DNA of 32,000 nucleotides from Pseudothioglobus sp. nBUS_23 (GCF_051201565.1 NZ_CP179200.1:1590001-1622000), one strand, 5' to 3'; positions 19,967 to 29,311 are shown, counted from the first letter of the stretch. Numbers and translations are program-made. Notes: generated from the sequence alone by a model not told the origin.

Positions 19967-21823
19967 CTAATAAGGCTGATTAGTCTTCGACTTCTTATAG
20001 GCACTAAGAACTTCATCGCCCTTTTCATTTGAGGAAACCTGAGGCACAGCAACCTCCCACCAGCAGCCCCCCTCAGGGCTTATTTTATGAGAGTCAGTTA
20101 CAATGCTTATTACATAGGACTTTGAAGACGCTCTTGCCCTTTTTAAAGCCGCAGCTAATTCAGTAATATCCTCAACATGCTCTGAGTGAGCTCCAAGTGA
20201 TTTTGCATGCAATGCAAAATTAATTTCTGGATGACCTTCATCTGCAGTGTTGCAGTCTTTTAGTAAATTATTAAAAGAACGATTACCTGTTGCATTTTGA
20301 AGACGGTTGATGCATGAAAAACCTCTATTATCAAGAACCACAGCAATAATTTTCTGGCCTAGCATGACGCTGGTAGCTAACTCTGAATTGAGCATAAGGT
20401 ATGACCCATCTCCAACAAGAACTATAACCTCTCTGTCTGGCTGTGCCATCTTAACACCCAGCCCTCCTGCAATCTCATAACCCATGCATGAAAAACCATA
20501 TTCAGAATGATATCCCCCTATTTGTTCGGTTCTCCAAAGCTTATGAAGCTCACCCGGTAAACTCCCAGCTGCACAAACTACAATATCACTTGCCTCTCCA
20601 TTTCTCTTTACCTCACCAAGCACCTGAGCATCTGTAGGTAAATCATCCACCTTATCAGAAGGATTATTTATAGAAGTTATATCTTCGTAGTAGTCGTTCC
20701 AATTTGAAGCTTCTATTTCTGACTCTTGAAACCAATCTTTTGATGCTCCCCAATTATCTAGCTGCTCATCAAGTTTTTCTATCCCAAGCTTTGCATCGCC
20801 CCATAAAGAGTATGCATTATGTTTAATTGTGTCAAACCTTGCTACATTTAATTGAATGAGTTTTTTATCAGAAAATAACGCCCTTGATCCTGAAATAAAA
20901 TCATTCAACCTTGTTCCAATTGCTAAAACTGTATCAGCTTGTCTTGCTAGGTTATTAGCTGCATTTGACCCAGTAACCCCTATAGCTCCTACATAGCCTG
21001 GATGGTTCCATGCAATTGCGCCTTTTCCAGCAGAGGTTTCTGCAACAGGAATTTTATATTTTTTTGAAAATTCTTTAAGTGTGTTACATGCATCAGCATA
21101 ATGAACGCCGCCGCCCGCGATAATCAAAGGTTTTTTTGAATTTTTTAAGATTTCAACTGCTTGAACTAACTCATCTTCATCAATCTTTATCTTCCGAATA
21201 GTATGTACTCGATGTTTAAAAAATTCCTCGGGATAATCGAATGCTTCTGCTTGAACATCCTGAGGCAGTGATATTGTTACTGGTCCACAATTTTCAGGAT
21301 CCAAGAGTGTTTGCATAGCTACAGGCAAACTATTAATAATTTGTTCTGGTCTCATGATGCGGTCAAAATACCTGCTTACAGGTTTAAAGCAGTCATTAAC
21401 ACTAACTGTTGGATCAGAAAAATCCTCTAATTGCTGAAGTACTGGATCTGGTGTTCTACTCGCAAAGTAATCACCAGGTAATAACAGAACAGGCAAGCGA
21501 TTTACGTGTGCTAATGCAGCCGCTGTTACCATATTAGTAGCTCCAGGGCCTATTGAACTGGTGCATGCCATCATCCTTTGACGATTATTAGCTTTTGCAT
21601 ATGCGATTGCTGAGTGGACCATGCCTTGCTCACTATGGCCACGGTAGGTTGGCAATTGATCCTGACATTCAGTCAAGGCCTGACCAATTCCAGCAACATT
21701 TCCATGGCCGAAAATTGCAAAAACACCAGCAAATATTGGCTGCACACCTTCATCAGTCTCAATAAATTGGGATGATAAAAATCTAACTATTGCCTGAGTC
21801 ATTGTTAATCTTATAGTTTTCAT
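19967..21823 (-). CDS. iolD: 3D-(3,5/4)-trihydroxycyclohexane-1,2-dione acylhydrolase (ThDP-dependent, decyclizing)
   Basis: 618 aa in the acetolactate-synthase-like ThDP family. The ThDP motif is GDGSYLMLNSELATSVMLGQKIIAVVLDNRGF. Its ATGA overlaps the upstream stop at 21820..21823. Confidence 0.9.
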   Translation of the reverse strand: MKTIRLTMTQAIVRFLSSQFIETDEGVQPIFAGVFAIFGHGNVAGIGQALTECQDQLPTYRGHSEQGMVHSAIAYAKANNRQRMMACTSSIGPGATNMVTAAALAHVNRLPVLLLPGDYFASRTPDPVLQQLEDFSDPTVSVNDCFKPVSRYFDRIMRPEQIINSLPVAMQTLLDPENCGPVTISLPQDVQAEAFDYPEEFFKHRVHTIRKIKIDEDELVQAVEILKNSKKPLIIAGGGVHYADACNTLKEFSKKYKIPVAETSAGKGAIAWNHPGYVGAIGVTGSNAANNLARQADTVLAIGTRLNDFISGSRALFSDKKLIQLNVARFDTIKHNAYSLWGDAKLGIEKLDEQLDNWGASKDWFQESEIEASNWNDYYEDITSINNPSDKVDDLPTDAQVLGEVKRNGEASDIVVCAAGSLPGELHKLWRTEQIGGYHSEYGFSCMGYEIAGGLGVKMAQPDREVIVLVGDGSYLMLNSELATSVMLGQKIIAVVLDNRGFSCINRLQNATGNRSFNNLLKDCNTADEGHPEINFALHAKSLGAHSEHVEDITELAAALKRARASSKSYVISIVTDSHKISPEGGCWWEVAVPQVSSNEKGDEVLSAYKKSKTNQPY

Positions 21824-23733
21824 TGTTGGATCTCCCTATTTTTTTTCCAAGCTTTAATCAAATCAATGTAATTCATTGACACAGAATCAACTAGCTCTTC
21901 ATCAGTTATTTTATTTTGCATCCATAGTTTAGCTGGATCATAAAAAATTGTTCTACCTACCGTAAAACCCTTGCAAATAGGATACTTTGATGCCACATCA
22001 AATGACTTTTTAACAGTGTCGATAGGTGCAGAAAGTCCTAATAATAATACACCTTGACAGTGTGAATCACTCGTGTTTATGATAGTACTCACTCGCTTCC
22101 ATGAACTCTCTATCATTGACGGAAGTTTCCACCAGTCGGGTTTAATTTCTAAGTCATAAAATCTTTGTAAGATATTTGGAATAGCTATCTCATCATTTTC
22201 AAATTCTGAAGGCGGAATAACTTCAAGCAAAAGTTGATGGCCGCTTTGTAGACAAGCAAAATAGAGTTCTTTAATTTTTTGTTCTTGTTTATTTTTTAGT
22301 TCTTCAGAATCATCTGGGTGATAGAAAAATAAGCACTTAACAGTATGCGTTAGGGGCCAAGATTGTATCTTTGAACCAATAGATTGTTCACCTTCAAACT
22401 TGAGTGGTCTTGAGCTTGGAAGCTCTACGGGCCTTCCAATCCACCATGACTTTTCAGCAATTGAATTTAGTGCATCCTCTCCATAAGTATCGTCAATTAA
22501 CACGCCAATATTTTTTTCTGGGATATTGAGTTTATCAATAGCTTTTTGAGTTGACTTAATGAATAGTTTTTTTATCTTACTGATTTGTTTAAAATCCACT
22601 CCATACTTTTTAGCAAGATCCAATAGCTGTTTTCGATGATCAAAAGCGAAACCAAAAATCTCAGGTTCCTCTTTACTTCTAAAGCTGACTCTATGAAGAT
22701 GGTTTAAGGTTAAATCTGAACTTGGATTAGGTATTTTGGTAGCATTTTCTAGATAGTAGAATAATTCTACTTCCCCAGGAATTGCAGGCGCACATCCATG
22801 ACGGGATACTACTAATGCCCCAGAAGCGTTTGCATAATTGGCACTTGTTTCAAGACTTTCCCCTCTTAGATAACCTCGAAGAAATCCTGACATAAATGCA
22901 TCGCCAGCACCCAAAACATTAAGAATGTCCACTTGTTTTCCACGTATTACTTTGAAGTTATCTGCACTCTCTGGGATATCATTAGTAATAACGGTGCACC
23001 CTAATGGACCTAACTTTAAAACAATAATTGAATCACTCAGCTCTCTAATTTTAACTAGTGCGGAAATGGTATCTTCACTTCCACCTGCGATATGAATCTC
23101 TTCCTCAGTTCCAACAATAACATCACAGTAAGGAAGTATTGTTTGTAAGTGCTGACTGACATCATCGCTTGCTACAAATCGCGATTCACCATCACCCAGC
23201 TCTGTTAACCCCCAAAGCACAGGACGATAATCAATATCAACAATAACTTGAGTATCAGAGGCTTTCGCGTATTCAATTGCCTTCATACTCGTTTGATAAG
23301 TGCTGTCTGAAGAAAAATGTGTTCCAGTGATAAGCAAAGACCTGCTACTTGCGATATAGTCTTTAGTGAAATCATTTTCACTAATTGCCATATCAGCACA
23401 ATCTTTGCGATAAAAAATAAGTGGAAAGGTTTCCTTATCCTGTATCCCTAAAACAACTAAACCAGTTAGTCTCTCTTTATCGGTAATGACATGTGAGGTG
23501 TCTACGCCAACGCTCTCTAGCTCATTACGAACAAATCGTCCCATATGTTCATTTCCAACACGAGTAAGCATGGCTGAATTAAGACCAAGTTTAGAGCAGC
23601 CATAAGCTATATTTGCTGATGATCCCCCCAAATATTTGGCAAAACTACCCATATTTTCTAGGCTAGAGCCAATCTGTTGGCCATAAAAGTCTACAGCGGC
23701 CCTACCTAAACAAATAATATCAATTGACTTCAT
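21820..23733 (-). CDS. iolC: bifunctional 5-dehydro-2-deoxygluconokinase / DUF2090-type 5-dehydro-2-deoxyphosphogluconate aldolase (IolC fusion)
   Basis: 637 aa. The N-terminal PfkB kinase domain has GRAAVDFY...GGSSANIA and GAGDAF. The C-terminal half of about 290 aa matches the extension seen in long alphaproteobacterial IolC proteins. Confidence 0.85.
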   Translation of the reverse strand: MKSIDIICLGRAAVDFYGQQIGSSLENMGSFAKYLGGSSANIAYGCSKLGLNSAMLTRVGNEHMGRFVRNELESVGVDTSHVITDKERLTGLVVLGIQDKETFPLIFYRKDCADMAISENDFTKDYIASSRSLLITGTHFSSDSTYQTSMKAIEYAKASDTQVIVDIDYRPVLWGLTELGDGESRFVASDDVSQHLQTILPYCDVIVGTEEEIHIAGGSEDTISALVKIRELSDSIIVLKLGPLGCTVITNDIPESADNFKVIRGKQVDILNVLGAGDAFMSGFLRGYLRGESLETSANYANASGALVVSRHGCAPAIPGEVELFYYLENATKIPNPSSDLTLNHLHRVSFRSKEEPEIFGFAFDHRKQLLDLAKKYGVDFKQISKIKKLFIKSTQKAIDKLNIPEKNIGVLIDDTYGEDALNSIAEKSWWIGRPVELPSSRPLKFEGEQSIGSKIQSWPLTHTVKCLFFYHPDDSEELKNKQEQKIKELYFACLQSGHQLLLEVIPPSEFENDEIAIPNILQRFYDLEIKPDWWKLPSMIESSWKRVSTIINTSDSHCQGVLLLGLSAPIDTVKKSFDVASKYPICKGFTVGRTIFYDPAKLWMQNKITDEELVDSVSMNYIDLIKAWKKNREIQQ

Positions 23734-24530
23734 TATTTCTCAAGCATCCACTCATGTTTAGGGTCATTATTAAATATCCATTGCCTTTTAGGACCTGCCA
23801 TTACATTCAAATAGTATGAATCGTATCCATGCGGAACACCAACTGGATGATATCCTTTTGGAACAAGAACAACACACTTATCCTCGACAGCCATTGTCTC
23901 ATCGATGGATAGATCATCAGTATAAACCCTTTGAAAAGCAAACCCTTGAGGTGGATTAACTCGATGATAATATGTTTCTTCTAAATAGGTCTCGACTGGG
24001 ATATTGTCTGAATCATGCTTGTGAGGTGGGTAGCTAGACCAATTACCCGAAGGCGTTTTAACCTCAACTACAAGGAGACTATCAGCCTTTTCTTGTTCTG
24101 GGAGTATATTACAAATAAATCTCTGATTACTCCCTTCACCTCTAACCTCGCTAGACATTTCATCAGGCTTAATATGTCTCGCCGGAAAGTTACCAAATCC
24201 TGGAGCAATTGCAATAGCTAACTCCAATTTAGTTAGAGCAGCAATTTTTATTTTGCTTTTATTTGGAGCATATATAGCATGAGGATTGATATCATCAAAA
24301 ACACTCATCCTCTCTCCCACACTTTTAAACTCTTGCTCATCAACGCTAATATTCGCCATTCCAGATAAAATCACTAAACAGCATTCATTGGATTCATCCT
24401 CCCAATCTAATAACTCAAATTCTTTAAGATCATGAGCTTCAAAACCTACAAAATCCCAATTTGCAGATTGGGGAGTAATTTTTTGATAACAACTACCTTT
24501 ACCATTTTTTGGTCGACTTAATAATGACAT
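23733..24530 (-). CDS. iolB: 5-deoxy-glucuronate isomerase
   Basis: 265 aa cupin with the GNWSSYPPHKHD motif. It has a TAATG overlap with iolC at 23731..23735. Confidence 0.85.
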   Translation of the reverse strand: MSLLSRPKNGKGSCYQKITPQSANWDFVGFEAHDLKEFELLDWEDESNECCLVILSGMANISVDEQEFKSVGERMSVFDDINPHAIYAPNKSKIKIAALTKLELAIAIAPGFGNFPARHIKPDEMSSEVRGEGSNQRFICNILPEQEKADSLLVVEVKTPSGNWSSYPPHKHDSDNIPVETYLEETYYHRVNPPQGFAFQRVYTDDLSIDETMAVEDKCVVLVPKGYHPVGVPHGYDSYYLNVMAGPKRQWIFNNDPKHEWMLEK

Positions 24531-25352
24531 TTAATTTCCTTGTTGATGATAGCCAATTGAAATACATATTGCTTGAACTAAACACATCGTTGCCCCCAAG
24601 GATCTAAATGTATGAATTTCAGCTTCATGAATACTAAATAAAAAATCCGCAAGATGTGCTATTGGATTTAACTCGGTATCAGTTAAGAGAATAACCTTTG
24701 AGTTAGCCTTTTTAGCAGCCTTAACTGCCTGAGTAGTATTTTCATTATATGGGTTATAAGTAATAGCAATAAATACTGTTTTTTCGTCGAGCCAATTTGA
24801 TAAGTTTTCTACTTCATTTGTATCATTAGTTATTCGGCATCTAATACCAAGATTATTCAACATATAGTAGAAATAATTGGCTACAGGTTGTGCTCTATTT
24901 GTGCCACATAAAATAACTTCACTGGCCTCACATAGTGCCAAAACTGAATCTTCTATTAAATCAATATCAGTATTTTCAGCAAGCAGTTGAGTTGCAGCAA
25001 CATTACGTTTTGTAATATCATAAAAGATGTTGGACGAGTCTGTTGCAGTGTCACTTTCAGTGATATTTTTTACATCTGTAATTCGCTGCTGATAATTTAT
25101 TGTTGTTTGAGCAATTCTTACTTTGAATAATGATTGTAATTCAGCAAATCCACTAAACCCGAAATGCTTTGCAAATCGAACTAGTGTTGACGGGTACACA
25201 CCAATATCTGAAGCAATTACTGCAAGTGTATTAATTGCTAGATTTTGAGGCTGATCAATGATATAGAATGCAATCAACTTCATTTTCTTACTCAAGGAAG
25301 GGTAACTTTCTTGAAGCAAATTATTTAATTCATTAATATTAGTGGGACTCAT
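24531..25352 (-). CDS. MurR/RpiR-family transcriptional regulator (HTH + SIS domain); probable inositol-locus repressor
   Basis: 273 aa with an N-terminal RpiR-type HTH (IASDIGVYPSTLVRFAKHFGFSGFAELQ) and a C-terminal SIS sugar-phosphate-binding fold. It is embedded mid-operon, and its stop directly abuts the iolB start (TAAATG). Confidence 0.85.
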   Translation of the reverse strand: MSPTNINELNNLLQESYPSLSKKMKLIAFYIIDQPQNLAINTLAVIASDIGVYPSTLVRFAKHFGFSGFAELQSLFKVRIAQTTINYQQRITDVKNITESDTATDSSNIFYDITKRNVAATQLLAENTDIDLIEDSVLALCEASEVILCGTNRAQPVANYFYYMLNNLGIRCRITNDTNEVENLSNWLDEKTVFIAITYNPYNENTTQAVKAAKKANSKVILLTDTELNPIAHLADFLFSIHEAEIHTFRSLGATMCLVQAICISIGYHQQGN

Positions 25353-25363
25353 TCAATTACGAG

Positions 25364-26344
25364 TTATAAATTTTCTGGCAAGCCAGATTTAAGAGATTTT
25401 GTTGCAGCTTCTGCGATTTTTAAAGCAAGAACACCATCTGAAATATCCACACTTGGCTTAATGCCTTGATGATAGGACTCCATAAAATGAAGCAGCTCAT
25501 TATGGTATGCCTTTTCATATCGCTCTAGAAAAAAATGCTTAGCTTTAGATTGGGTAATGCCATCGGCATTACTCAGAACTACTTTATCTTCTAACTCATT
25601 CTTAACCTGAAGCATGCCTTTCTCACCAAAAGCCTCAATCCTTTGATCATAACCAAAGGAAGCTTGTCGACCATTAAGAATAGTAACTATTGCCCCTTTT
25701 TTCATATTCATGATGACACTAGCTGTATCTACATCTCTAGCCTTTTTGATATCTTCATTATTGGCAGTTGCTGATACATAGATGCTATCCGGAGTATCAC
25801 CTAAAATCCAACAGGCCATATCAAAATCATGAATCATCATATCGTGAAATAAACCACCAGAGCTTTGAATATAATCGATTGAAGGTGGCGCAGGGTCATG
25901 GGAGGTGATCACCAATGATTGAATAGAGCCAATAAAATTTGAATCCACTTTGCTCTTTAAGTTTGCCATATTAGGATCAAATCGTCTATTAAACCCAAGC
26001 ATGCAGACAATACCACTTTGCTCTACCAATTTAGCACAAGATTCTGCTCTTTTAAGACTAAGATCTATTGGCTTTTCGCAAAAAACTGGCTTACCAACTT
26101 CAGAGCACTTTTCTATTAAATCAGCATGGGTTGCGGTACTACTGGCAATAATGTAAGCATCAATGTCTTCATTGCTAAAAGCTTCATCAATTGTTAGAAC
26201 TTGAGCACTATATTTTTTTGCCAAGTCCTCAGCTGCTGGTTGGTTAACATCAACTACAGAATGAAGAATTGCATTTTTTTCACTAGCAATAGCAATTGCA
26301 TGAACAATTCCAATTCTACCAGCTCCAATTAAACATATATTCAT
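25364..26344 (-). CDS. iolG: myo-inositol 2-dehydrogenase (Gfo/Idh/MocA family)
   Basis: 326 aa with the motifs ICLIGAGRIG, CEKP, GFNRRFDP and SGGLFHDMMIHDFD, as in IdhA/IolG. Confidence 0.8.
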   Translation of the reverse strand: MNICLIGAGRIGIVHAIAIASEKNAILHSVVDVNQPAAEDLAKKYSAQVLTIDEAFSNEDIDAYIIASSTATHADLIEKCSEVGKPVFCEKPIDLSLKRAESCAKLVEQSGIVCMLGFNRRFDPNMANLKSKVDSNFIGSIQSLVITSHDPAPPSIDYIQSSGGLFHDMMIHDFDMACWILGDTPDSIYVSATANNEDIKKARDVDTASVIMNMKKGAIVTILNGRQASFGYDQRIEAFGEKGMLQVKNELEDKVVLSNADGITQSKAKHFFLERYEKAYHNELLHFMESYHQGIKPSVDISDGVLALKIAEAATKSLKSGLPENL

Positions 26345-26353
26345 GACTCATTC

Positions 26354-27121
26354 CTATTTTTTTAGTTCTGACAATTCTTTATTGCCTGACATCAGGAGTT
26401 GTAATTCTTGAAAATCAATCTCACCGGCTTTTGCAGTTCCAAGAGTTTCGCCTCTAGATAAGACTGTAAACTTATCTCCAACAGCTAAAGCATGAGAAAC
26501 ATTATGAGAAATAAATACAACAGCAACACCTTTTTCTCGGACTCTTTCAATCGTTTTTAATACATTTGAAGTCTGATATACACCTAAAGCTGATGTTGGT
26601 TCATCCAGTATCAAAATCTTAGCTCCAAAAAACACAGCTCGTGCAATTGCTACAGTTTGTCTTTCGCCTCCTGATAGAGTTCCTATTGATTGGCCAGGAT
26701 CCCTTAATTTAATTCCAATCTTATCCATTTCAGACATCAAAATTGAATCACATTTTTCAAAATCCATGAGTGTGACCGGGCCAACTTTTTTTGTTAATTC
26801 CCTACCAAGCCAAAAATTACGTGAGACTGACATCAAAGGAATTAATGCTAAATCTTGATAAACTGTCGCAATCCCAACATCAATCGCTTCACGAGGGTTG
26901 TTGATTTCTATTTCTTTTCCATTAATATTAATCTTGCCTTTCGTTGGCTGATGTACGCCAGACATAATTTTAATAAAAGTTGATTTACCAGCTCCATTGT
27001 CACCGAGTAAACAATGACATTCACCTGCTTTTATAGAAATTGAGACTCCTTTTAGAGCGTCAACATTTCCGAAGCTTTTATGAATATCCTTAAGTTCCAT
27101 TAGAGGTGAACTACTCATCAT
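26354..27121 (-). CDS. sugar ABC transporter ATP-binding protein (single ABC domain, FrcA-like)
   Basis: 255 aa with Walker A GDNGAGKST, signature LSGGERQ and Walker B ILILDEP. Its ATGA overlaps the permease stop at 27118..27121. Confidence 0.9.
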   Translation of the reverse strand: MMSSSPLMELKDIHKSFGNVDALKGVSISIKAGECHCLLGDNGAGKSTFIKIMSGVHQPTKGKININGKEIEINNPREAIDVGIATVYQDLALIPLMSVSRNFWLGRELTKKVGPVTLMDFEKCDSILMSEMDKIGIKLRDPGQSIGTLSGGERQTVAIARAVFFGAKILILDEPTSALGVYQTSNVLKTIERVREKGVAVVFISHNVSHALAVGDKFTVLSRGETLGTAKAGEIDFQELQLLMSGNKELSELKK

Positions 27122-28224
27122 TTGGCTCCCGTTATTAACTTACGAACATGGGTATTAAGTATGACAGCTAGTAAAAGAAGCACACCTAGAAAAACTCTAA
27201 ATAAGGAGCTTTCTACACCAATAAAGAATAAACCTTGTTGAACAACTCCAAATATCACAGCACCAAGTGCGGCTCCAATAACTGATCCATATCCTCCAGT
27301 TAGCAAAGCCCCCCCAATAACTACTGAAATAATTGCTTCAAACTCTTTGAGGACTCCTCTATCTGCAGAAGCTGATCCAAACTCCATAACCTGTGTCGTC
27401 GCGAAAACGGTTGCACAAAAAGCTGTAAATACAAACATTAGTATCTTAACTCTGTTCACTGGAACTCCAATGTGTTTTGCTGCTTGTGCGTCTCCACCAG
27501 AAGCATAAATCCAATTTCCGAAACGAGTTTTTGTTAATAAAAAATGAGCAAAAACAATTAATCCTAAAGCCCAGACCATCATCATTGGTATTCCAGAAAC
27601 AACAGGCTGTCCAGCTTTTGTTCCTGCAACAAATGTTTGAATTATGCCTTGTTCAGCGAGCCATTGAAATACACCAGTGAAAATTTCTCCACCAAAAATC
27701 GGTGCCAACCAATCATCCTGAGCAACCTCAGTTACACCGCCTATGATTGTTTTTTTTGTACTTATTATTGCAATAAAAATAGTTAGGCCTCTCAAGATAT
27801 ACAGAAAAGCTAAACTCACAATAAAAGAAGGTAGATTTGTACTGATAGTAATATAGCCTATCAATGCGCCTATAGCCATTGATATAGCAAAGGCTGAAAT
27901 TATACTTAGCCAAACAGGCCAACCCCACACTACTGAGGTAACAGCAATAACTATCCCAGCAAAACCGATCATAGATCCAACAGATAGATCAAATTCTCCT
28001 GCAATCATTAATAGACAAGCACCAACTGCAATAATTATAAATTGAGACGAGACTATTCCCCAGTTCATTGAGCCCTCTAAGGAAAACATTCCTGTATCGC
28101 GAGCCACTAAAAAAAAGAAAAGGAATACTAATATAACTCCAACTATTGCACCAAGATCAGGCCTTAGCATAACAGTTCTAAAATTACTACGGAGATTTGA
28201 ATTATTCTTTACATCATTTGACAT
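27118..28224 (-). CDS. sugar ABC transporter permease (CUT2 / ribose-type)
   Basis: 368 aa, polytopic, in the RbsC/FrcC-like family. It lies between the SBP and ATPase genes. Confidence 0.9.
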   Translation of the reverse strand: MSNDVKNNSNLRSNFRTVMLRPDLGAIVGVILVFLFFFLVARDTGMFSLEGSMNWGIVSSQFIIIAVGACLLMIAGEFDLSVGSMIGFAGIVIAVTSVVWGWPVWLSIISAFAISMAIGALIGYITISTNLPSFIVSLAFLYILRGLTIFIAIISTKKTIIGGVTEVAQDDWLAPIFGGEIFTGVFQWLAEQGIIQTFVAGTKAGQPVVSGIPMMMVWALGLIVFAHFLLTKTRFGNWIYASGGDAQAAKHIGVPVNRVKILMFVFTAFCATVFATTQVMEFGSASADRGVLKEFEAIISVVIGGALLTGGYGSVIGAALGAVIFGVVQQGLFFIGVESSLFRVFLGVLLLLAVILNTHVRKLITGAK

Positions 28225-28254
28225 GATTTAATCCACTGAATTTATATCTAATTT

Positions 28255-28299
28255 AAAAAAAAATGCTACTCACTTATTCTTTCTAAAGTGAGTAGCATT
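28255..28299 (-). terminator. strong rho-independent terminator or attenuator between the ABC SBP gene and the permease gene
   Basis: On the minus strand: AATGCTACTCACTT-(10 nt loop)-AAGTGAGTAGCATT, a perfect 14-bp stem (28262..28275 / 28286..28299) followed by a 7-nt T run (28255..28261). It lies 19 nt after the SBP stop. Confidence 0.8.
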
Positions 28300-28317
28300 A
28301 TTGAGGTCAACTAACTT

Positions 28318-29280
28318 TTAACGGTAGACGCCTGCATATTGCTCAACTAAGCTAATGTTACTCTTAGTGATAAATCCAGGACCAGAGTTAATTGCGCCAG
28401 AAGGCCATACACCATATCTTGACATGTTAGTCAAGAAAACTACCGGCAAGTAGCCTTGAAGGTACGGTTGCTGGTCAATTGCAAATGAAATTACACCTGA
28501 CTTAACAGCAGCAGCAATTTCACCTGAAAGGTCAAAAGTTCCAAAGTACATATCTCCTGAGCGTCCCATATCATCAAGAGCTGATAGAGTTGGGTGAGCA
28601 GAAGTTGGACCTAAAGTAAGAATTGCGTCTGTATCAGGATGCGATCTAAGATGAGCCATAACTTTATTTTTAATTTCAGTTGGATCTTGACCTGAGTCAA
28701 TCATTTGATCACCTAAATCAACACCAAGTGCGTCTGCATATCCCTGGCAACGATCAACTGAAACTGGATTGGTAAAAAAGTGATTAACACATAAAAACTT
28801 TGTTGCTCCAGCAGCTTTTGCTCTTTTACCAGCTCCAAAGCCAGCATCATACTCAGGCTGACCAATATGTGCTAATGCTCCTAGCATTTCAGACTGCTCA
28901 CGAGTACCTGAGTTAATTGTTACAACTGGAATTCCTTTAGCAATAGCTGAAGTAATTGGACCTTTTAGGACATCATAATCAGCAATTGTAACAATAATTC
29001 CATCTGGATTACTTGCAGCAGCTTGCTCAACAATGCGAGCCATATCAGCAAGGTCTCCTGTAGTTGGGTTACGATAATCCACATCGACTCCCATTTGCTC
29101 ACCTGCAATTCCTATTGCATTTTTAATTGTATTCCACCATGAATCAGAATCTGGTGCATGGCTGATTAGTACAAATTTCTCTCCAGATGCAACTGCAGCA
29201 GAACTGCCAAACATTGTTGCTCCAAAAAGAACAGACACTGCTAGAAAAACTTTTGCAGTGTTTTTGTAGATATTAAACAT
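28318..29280 (-). CDS. periplasmic sugar-binding protein of the ABC transporter (PBP type I, RbsB-like); probable inositol receptor
   Basis: 320 aa with signal peptide ...LFGATMFGSSAAVASG. It is the first gene of the iol array. Confidence 0.8.
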   Translation of the reverse strand: MFNIYKNTAKVFLAVSVLFGATMFGSSAAVASGEKFVLISHAPDSDSWWNTIKNAIGIAGEQMGVDVDYRNPTTGDLADMARIVEQAAASNPDGIIVTIADYDVLKGPITSAIAKGIPVVTINSGTREQSEMLGALAHIGQPEYDAGFGAGKRAKAAGATKFLCVNHFFTNPVSVDRCQGYADALGVDLGDQMIDSGQDPTEIKNKVMAHLRSHPDTDAILTLGPTSAHPTLSALDDMGRSGDMYFGTFDLSGEIAAAVKSGVISFAIDQQPYLQGYLPVVFLTNMSRYGVWPSGAINSGPGFITKSNISLVEQYAGVYR

Positions 29281-29311
29281 AATGTTTTTCTCCTATTTAT
29301 ATATAAATTAA

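Noticed and set aside
24015-27928. ORFs 24015..24221(+), 25950..26156(+), 27477..27680(+) and 27728..27928(-)
   Set aside because: They are antisense or out of frame within iolB, iolG and the ABC permease. These are shadow ORFs.
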